A stretch of 64,000 nucleotides of DNA from Candidatus Bruticola sp. (lineage in GTDB: Bacteria > Vulcanimicrobiota > Xenobia > Xenobiales > Xenobiaceae). The stretch covers positions 1-64,000 of the forward strand of contig JBJEGD010000035.1 in NCBI GenBank assembly GCA_051874735.1, written 5' to 3'. Positions 58,264 through 64,000 of this stretch are shown in pieces; position 1 is the first letter of the stretch, and every line of letters begins with the position of its first letter. The translations under genes were made by a program, and so were the position numbers. Below the pieces are notes generated by a model. That model searched no databases and had not been told where the DNA came from. It saw only the letters and a list, made by a program, of their open reading frames with translations.

Positions 58264-59553
58264 ATGACAAATAATTATATGGCAGAACTAGATAATTACA
58301 ATGACAATAATATTTCGCCTGTAGCTGTAGTTATTTTGACGATATTTATAGGAGGTGGGATCTGGCTGGGAGCATCTTGCTTCAGCAATTTAACCGATTA
58401 CGGCAGTCAAGTTAAGCCAGAACCGGTTAATTTAATGGCTGTAGGCAGTGATGAGGACAATTTTTATTCCCCAGCCAGAGCTAAGCGTCGGGCTAGTTTA
58501 TTCTTGCGCCGTCAAAACAGCAGCGAAGAACTGTCTGCTGATGAGAAAGCTCGTTTAGAAGAGGAAGACCGCTCCAAAGATTGGGATAAAGAAGAGCGAA
58601 AAGAAAGGGAAGACGATTCTGATCTATCGGCAGATAATTCTCAGTACGAAACTTCAGATCCTGAACTAAGGGGATGGGGCCAGGAGGAAAATAGCTCTGT
58701 TAACTTACAGTCTGCTGCAGTTGCGGCTGATCTGAAGCTTTCCGGTATTATGCTGGGCAGCGGAGCGAGTATTGCTGTTATCGATTACAATGGGGTATCT
58801 TACACAAAATCGGAAGGTCAGAGCGTAGGACGATATACTGTAAGTAAAATTCTTTCCGATCGGGTGCTGATCAAAGATGGGGAACGCAGCTTCGCTTTAG
58901 AGTTGAGCTCTTCTGGCAGTACCTCCGCTGCTTCACCTGTTGATACAGGAGGTTTCAAAAATGGCCATCCCGTTTTGCCGGATCCCGGTCAAGTACCTCC
59001 GCCGAATCCTCCCAACAGTACGGCTAGAACATCATTTACTCCCGATAAGTTGTCTGTTAGTTCGCCTGTAGATAAGGTGTCTAATAAAAACAATCTGGAT
59101 ATACCGTCGACAGCCCCTCTGCCTAACAAGATAGATGTTTACAATTTTGCTGAGGAAAAACGTCCGCACGACAATCAAAATTTAGATAATTTGTACTCTT
59201 CAGAGAGCTCCGCTAAAGCTAACGTCAAAATTCCTGTATCTAGTCCTACGCCTTTGCGTCCTACCAGAGCGGAGATTGAGAAATATTTGCAGCGCGGAGC
59301 TGCTATTATCGCTGAAGTTAGAGTTCAGCCTGATGTCAGCGGTTTGGGCGTTAAAGTTAAATTTTTAAAAGAGGATAATTTGCTCAACCGTTTGGGATTG
59401 CGCGATGGCGATGTAGTAACCAGAATTAATAACAAAACGGTTTTGAGCAGTGAAGAACTCTTTAATTCAGTGTTGAGTTTAAGTGAAATGCCGTTTGTCA
59501 ATATCGAATATAAAAGGCAGGGGCAAACGGGGAGTATCGTTTACGATTTGTAG
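58264..59553 (+). CDS. GspC-like type II secretion protein (TM + HR-like + PDZ)
   Basis: N-terminal TM; LKLSGIM...AVI...EG...V..I..DRV.I HR domain; LGLRDGDVVTRIN PDZ. Confidence 0.7.
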   Translation: MTNNYMAELDNYNDNNISPVAVVILTIFIGGGIWLGASCFSNLTDYGSQVKPEPVNLMAVGSDEDNFYSPARAKRRASLFLRRQNSSEELSADEKARLEEEDRSKDWDKEERKEREDDSDLSADNSQYETSDPELRGWGQEENSSVNLQSAAVAADLKLSGIMLGSGASIAVIDYNGVSYTKSEGQSVGRYTVSKILSDRVLIKDGERSFALELSSSGSTSAASPVDTGGFKNGHPVLPDPGQVPPPNPPNSTARTSFTPDKLSVSSPVDKVSNKNNLDIPSTAPLPNKIDVYNFAEEKRPHDNQNLDNLYSSESSAKANVKIPVSSPTPLRPTRAEIEKYLQRGAAIIAEVRVQPDVSGLGVKVKFLKEDNLLNRLGLRDGDVVTRINNKTVLSSEELFNSVLSLSEMPFVNIEYKRQGQTGSIVYDL

Positions 59554-59657
59554 TTCATCATTATTTTCAGATACTTTAGAGGATGATTGAGGCTGATGCA
59601 AACTTCCACTTTCGCTAAGCAGGAGCCGTCTCCTTAAAGACAAATTACCTACAACCT

Positions 59658-60941
59658 ATGGGTAAGTTCTATAAAGCAGCTCTCAGCTTGTCTGCTGCAG
59701 CTAGTTTAAGTTTTTGTTTGTTCGCTCCTGTTTGGGCAGAGCCTCATTCTGAGCTAGAGGCTAATTGTTTGGCCGCTGCAGGCAAAGTAAAAAAGTACGA
59801 TTACTCTTCTAAGTCAGGCCACAAGGAAAACCGGGCGAAGAAAAGTCAGATTGAAAACCAGTCAGCTCAGGCTTTAGCTGAGATGCGTCTGGCCGCCCGC
59901 TGGTTTGCTTCTGCTTACGATATTCCAGTGCGTGTCCCCGAAGAAATGTTTATGGCCGGCTACACTTACAGCGACGCCGTAGCCGCTTTGTCTCTTATGG
60001 ATGCAGGGGCATCGCTCAATGAAGTGCTGGAGAAGAGGCGTACTAACCGCTGGGATGAGGTGGCCCGCTTGGTCGGTATCGATCCTGCTTCGTTGCCTAA
60101 GCCGGTTATAAAAGTAATGAACACTCAGAGTGGAACTAATACTCCAGAGTATTTGCACTTTACGCCTGATGTGCGCTCGGGGTTGGCTAGCCGTTTACAT
60201 TTGCCATCCTTTGCAGCTACTGTGCCCGATCCTGTGTCTATTGCTCGTTTTCAACTGAGCAAAAGCGATATTGCTAATATTAGACTGGCCCTAGAAAACG
60301 TCAATGACCTCGATGAAGATACGCTGCGCCTGCCTGCCGGACGATCGCTGAAAGTAGGCGATTGGGTTATCGCCGGGGTGCTGTCTAAGTACAAACCGTT
60401 TCCCATAGACACCATTTTATCGGTGCGCACCGGTGAAGTTGTGGAGTGGGGCGACGTAGCTGCTATGTTCAGTATCGATTCCCGTATTTTTACTGATGGA
60501 CCTTTAGCTCCTATTTATGCTGCTCTTACCGAAGGTGAAAATTACGCTACACTTTCCAGTCTGCGCCGATCCTCTTACCCTCAAACTTTGGACAAGAAGT
60601 ATGAATTCGGTTGCTTAGAGGGGGCTGAACTGCAGGCGGTCGGTTGGCTAATGAGCCTTTATTATAAAGAGACTGATCAAGAGCGCAACGTACTTAATTC
60701 TTTAGGTTTGTCGTTCTCTGACCAAGCTTTATCTCTGGCTGTAGCTCGCATGGCTTTTGTCGATGTCAGCGAAATCGCTGGGCGAGTCCGCCGAGACGCC
60801 GGCTGGATGTATCTTATCAATTACTACAAGCTCGATATGACTGGCCAAGAAGTTGTTACTGCTGCGGCCGTTTGTCGCGATAAGGTTCGCTTCCCTGCAG
60901 ACGAAGCCCCTAAGAAAGTGCGCAGTAAGCGCTTTAGTTAG
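59658..60941 (+). CDS. Secreted hypothetical protein with three helical repeats
   Basis: Signal peptide ending VWA; repeated R...W..VA...(G/S)ID units. Confidence 0.7.
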   Translation: MGKFYKAALSLSAAASLSFCLFAPVWAEPHSELEANCLAAAGKVKKYDYSSKSGHKENRAKKSQIENQSAQALAEMRLAARWFASAYDIPVRVPEEMFMAGYTYSDAVAALSLMDAGASLNEVLEKRRTNRWDEVARLVGIDPASLPKPVIKVMNTQSGTNTPEYLHFTPDVRSGLASRLHLPSFAATVPDPVSIARFQLSKSDIANIRLALENVNDLDEDTLRLPAGRSLKVGDWVIAGVLSKYKPFPIDTILSVRTGEVVEWGDVAAMFSIDSRIFTDGPLAPIYAALTEGENYATLSSLRRSSYPQTLDKKYEFGCLEGAELQAVGWLMSLYYKETDQERNVLNSLGLSFSDQALSLAVARMAFVDVSEIAGRVRRDAGWMYLINYYKLDMTGQEVVTAAAVCRDKVRFPADEAPKKVRSKRFS

Positions 60942-60961
60942 GTTTACGTAGGTGAAGTGCT

Positions 60962-61369
60962 TTGAATTGTCTTCTTCGCAGGTGGAGGCGTAGGCAAAAA
61001 AGCTCAGCCTTTTCTCTTTTGGAAGTACTGGTGGCCTTAGCTTTAGTATCTATGGTCTTTGGCAGTATTATCGGAGGATTCTGCCGCCATGTACATCGTG
61101 TGGCCCGCTTAGAGCCATTTTATCGCAATTTGATCGCTGCTTCAGTGGGGTTAGAAAAAAGCATGGCTAAGCGAAATGAGGGGGAGACCGATTCTGTCAA
61201 CGAAATAGAATACACCGTTACAGTTGGTTCCGTTCCATCTGACCCGCGCATAGATCAGATTATAAGCAAATCTAGCGATAGTCGTCCCGGTTGCAGCGCA
61301 GAAGTCAGAGCTTATCGTTTGCGCCAAGTCAGTTCAAAGTATTCTTCCAGCAGCTCCGATTCTTTATAA
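60962..61369 (+). CDS. Minor pseudopilin, GspI-like
   Basis: Basic leader RRRRQKSSA|FSLLEVLVAL (class III signal). Confidence 0.75.
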   Translation: MNCLLRRWRRRQKSSAFSLLEVLVALALVSMVFGSIIGGFCRHVHRVARLEPFYRNLIAASVGLEKSMAKRNEGETDSVNEIEYTVTVGSVPSDPRIDQIISKSSDSRPGCSAEVRAYRLRQVSSKYSSSSSDSL

Positions 61370-61399
61370 TCAGGAGTCATTTTCCGCTATGCTGTTATT

Positions 61400-62197
61400 A
61401 TGACGAAAAGTTGTCTACGATATATCGACTATTCAAGAGCCCGCTGCCGCCGGGGGTTTACTTTGCTGGAAGTTATGCTGGCGGTGGGACTGACAGCTAT
61501 GGTCTACACAATTATATCCTACATGACTATTCAGATGAATACTACTGTGCGCCGCTCTGAAGAGTCTTTTCAAAGGCGTAAAACTGTCATTGACACAGCT
61601 GAGCAGTTGCGGTGGCAGTTGCGCTGCCTTTACGATCGTGTTCCGGAGGGAGCTTCGGTTGAGCCTCCTTCTAGCAATACTAATCCTGCTACTTTGCAAA
61701 ATTCGTCTCTTTACGCCAAAAATTTGGGACAGAGCGGTCAGGATGTGTTAATATTTAAAACCACTTATTTCCCTGCTAAATTGGAAAATAGCAGCGGAAC
61801 GGCTGAAGTCGGTTATAAAGTTGTCAATAAAATAGGGAGCAGTTTTTCAGTTTCTTCGCCTTTAACAGTTCAGGAAGATAAATTGCAGATTTTTACCCCT
61901 GCCAGTTTGCTGGAAGGCAGCTCTCAGGGGAGCCATTTTTATTTAGCTTACCGCCAGTATCCTTGGGCAGATCCTCTTGGATTACATGAAGATAGCGATG
62001 ACAACAACGCTCCTTGGCAGAAAATCAGTTCGGAAATTATTGGTTTAGAAGTGCGCTTATCCGATGATTTAGAAGTTTGGCAGCAGGACTGGACTGGAGA
62101 AGGGGTGCCGCGTTGGGTAGAGATTACCTTTGAACTTAAGCAGGGCGATCCTTTAGTCTTTATAACTGGTCCGGTCGTGTCTTCCGCACGTTGGTAG
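61400..62197 (+). CDS. Minor pseudopilin, GspJ-like
   Basis: RRG|FTLLEVMLAV; C-terminal W...W....PRWVEI typical of GspJ. Confidence 0.8.
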   Translation: MTKSCLRYIDYSRARCRRGFTLLEVMLAVGLTAMVYTIISYMTIQMNTTVRRSEESFQRRKTVIDTAEQLRWQLRCLYDRVPEGASVEPPSSNTNPATLQNSSLYAKNLGQSGQDVLIFKTTYFPAKLENSSGTAEVGYKVVNKIGSSFSVSSPLTVQEDKLQIFTPASLLEGSSQGSHFYLAYRQYPWADPLGLHEDSDDNNAPWQKISSEIIGLEVRLSDDLEVWQQDWTGEGVPRWVEITFELKQGDPLVFITGPVVSSARW

Positions 62198-62209
62198 GGA
62201 ATATGTGTT

Positions 62210-63340
62210 ATGGTTTTAATGGCTGTGTTGGGGGCAATTTTAGTAGCTTTAGTTATTGCTGCCAAGATGAGTGAAGTTGGCGTCGATGCTCAAAATCTTA
62301 TCAACTACACCTCTGCCAGGGAAAACAACTATCAAGTAGCTCGCTCAGCTGTAGAAATGGGGTTCGAACTGCTTCAGTCTGATACTGGAGATACGGACAG
62401 TCTCAACGATATGTGGGCTGCTGGTTCAGTAGTAGTAGAGTGGGAAGGTAAGAAGGTTATCATCAGCATTGTCGACGAGGAAAGCAAATTCCCTCTGAGT
62501 GCTATGCAGAAAGCTCCCAATAGTTGCGAATACCTAGAGAATGCTTTAATACGTTTGTTCGAGAATGGTGGTTTAGGCTGTGGCGAAGAAGCTAAAGACC
62601 GCTTTTTAGATTGGGTTGACAGCGACGCTCAGAGGCGCAGCCGGGGAGGCGAGGGCAGCGACTATGAAAAACTTGTTATCAAAGATTCACCAGCTGATGC
62701 TCTACAGGAAATTTTAGCTTTGCCAGGCTGGCAAGAACGTCCGGCTTACGCTTCAGCCAGAGCTCAGAGTAGCTTGCAAAGTATTATGGGGGCTTCTTCT
62801 GGATTGACTAGTTCTGAATTGAAAACATCACTATCTGCTGATAATACTGCCGCTAATTCTTCCAGTTCTGCCGATAATTTAGGCCATACTGCTTTTGAAA
62901 AATTTGGTTCAGATCAGCAGTCTGAAGATAACCAAGAAGACAAAACTTATAAACTTGAGGTGCCAGAGGCTCAAACTCAGGGTGGAACTGTTGTTACAGA
63001 TTGGAGTGAGTGGGTTACCGTCGATTCTTCAGGTAAAATTAATATCAATACTGCTCCTAAAGAAGTGCTGATGGCTCTCGATGAGAGTATGAGCCAGGTT
63101 TTAGTTGATGAAATAGATTCGAAGCGTCGCTCTGCCCCGTTTAAAACTACTGATGAATTACGCAATGTGACAGGCATGGATGCCGACTTGTTATTTAGAA
63201 TTCAAGATTATTTATGTGTAAAAAGTAACACTTTTAGTGTAGATGCCGAAGTGCTCTCTTCGCCTGGGCGCGTTCGTTTGCATTCTGTAGTTAGCCGCGC
63301 CAATGGTTCTATAAAAATTTTGCGCTGGGAAGTGAAATAA
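62210..63340 (+). CDS. gspK: General secretion pathway protein K-like
   Basis: Hydrophobic N-terminal helix, DSL.D.W, IVDEESKF, DWVDSD, KININTAP, HhH-like ELRNVTGM, S..F.V. Confidence 0.8.
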   Translation: MVLMAVLGAILVALVIAAKMSEVGVDAQNLINYTSARENNYQVARSAVEMGFELLQSDTGDTDSLNDMWAAGSVVVEWEGKKVIISIVDEESKFPLSAMQKAPNSCEYLENALIRLFENGGLGCGEEAKDRFLDWVDSDAQRRSRGGEGSDYEKLVIKDSPADALQEILALPGWQERPAYASARAQSSLQSIMGASSGLTSSELKTSLSADNTAANSSSSADNLGHTAFEKFGSDQQSEDNQEDKTYKLEVPEAQTQGGTVVTDWSEWVTVDSSGKININTAPKEVLMALDESMSQVLVDEIDSKRRSAPFKTTDELRNVTGMDADLLFRIQDYLCVKSNTFSVDAEVLSSPGRVRLHSVVSRANGSIKILRWEVK

Positions 63341-63579
63341 TTTAGCTAGGTCAAATTGTCCTTATTTTTATACTAAAATACGTGGGGGAGCTTTTTTTAT
63401 GCGCATGTAAAAGGATTTCTGCATGTTTAATTTCGGGTAATAAAGGATTAGGGATAGCAGGGGTTGAATGTTTCACAAAAGCAGTGCGGGTGAATGTGCC
63501 CATAGAAGGAGCTGCTTTGAATAAAAATTCTGAGAAGAACATCAATTATTTTGTTTCGAAAGGTATTTTTTTGTTAGTC

Positions 63580-64000
63580 ATGACTAAAAAGAACACGTTT
63601 CGCTTCGCTGCTTTTACTGCTGCAGCTTTAGGATTAGGCTTATTAGTTTCAGGTTGCGGTGATGGCGGCTCAACTACTCCTAACCCCTTAAACGGCCGTC
63701 TGGGTACTGTTATTTATAATTACAATGTATTGGCTAAAGCCGCTGCCCGCGCCGATGTCGATGCTTCCATCGCTAGCGTGCAGTATTCTTTCGATGGCGA
63801 ACTGACCAAAAATTACAGCTTTGAACACAAAGACACAGATAAAGAGTTAGATCTGTCTATTTACAACGTTGATAGTGATATTCAGACCGTAACTGCCGCT
63901 TACTACGATGCTGACGGCAATTTGCTTGCTGTAGGCGTAGATAAGCTTAACTGGGTTGATAAAGTCGCTACTGTAACTGATCCCCAAATTATTATGCTTG
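63580..64000 (+). CDS. Putative lipoprotein (partial, runs off window end)
   Basis: Manual translation MTKKNTFRFAAFTAAALGLGLLVSGCGDGGST... with lipobox VSGC; frame open to the end. Confidence 0.75.
   Translation, partial: MTKKNTFRFAAFTAAALGLGLLVSGCGDGGSTTPNPLNGRLGTVIYNYNVLAKAAARADVDASIASVQYSFDGELTKNYSFEHKDTDKELDLSIYNVDSDIQTVTAAYYDADGNLLAVGVDKLNWVDKVATVTDPQIIML

Noticed and set aside
1-64000. Genome-wide TAG recoding, prompted by the gspJ/gspK junction
   Set aside because: Conserved genes such as ispF and the GDH-like gene end at TAG at their normal C-termini, and no conserved gene is interrupted by TAG

Overview
Chromosomal region (roughly mid-40s % GC by eye) of a diderm, probably anaerobic bacterium. 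The SLH-anchored beta-barrel outer-membrane protein, MCE protein and T2SS-like pilins, set among Terrabacteria-like housekeeping genes, suggest a lineage such as host-associated Eremiobacterota/Vulcanimicrobiota; this is inference only. Housekeeping genes: uvrA (partial), uvrB, prfB (with +1 frameshift), secA, hisS, ispF, ugd, tlyA. Metabolic modules: ssnA-ygfK, a two-gene glucose/GlcNAc-family PTS (EIIA-HPr-EI fusion plus EIICB), a PfkB kinase and an AmmeMemoRadiSam radical SAM enzyme. Also present are a STAS/PP2C partner-switching pair and a partial T2SS-like locus. No tRNA, rRNA, CRISPR array or transposase was seen. Best candidates for undescribed systems: (1) an intact GdhA-fold protein with its glutamate-binding and catalytic residues replaced, next to a receiver-like/PPDK-N protein (possible pseudoenzyme signalling module); (2) a compact radical SAM + PGM1-like ATP-grasp + MFS exporter operon with a nearby methyltransferase (candidate small-molecule/peptide biosynthetic cluster). 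Further observations: a prfB frameshift site lacking the usual internal Shine-Dalgarno, candidate structured RNAs, and an FG/Q/N-rich low-complexity membrane protein.
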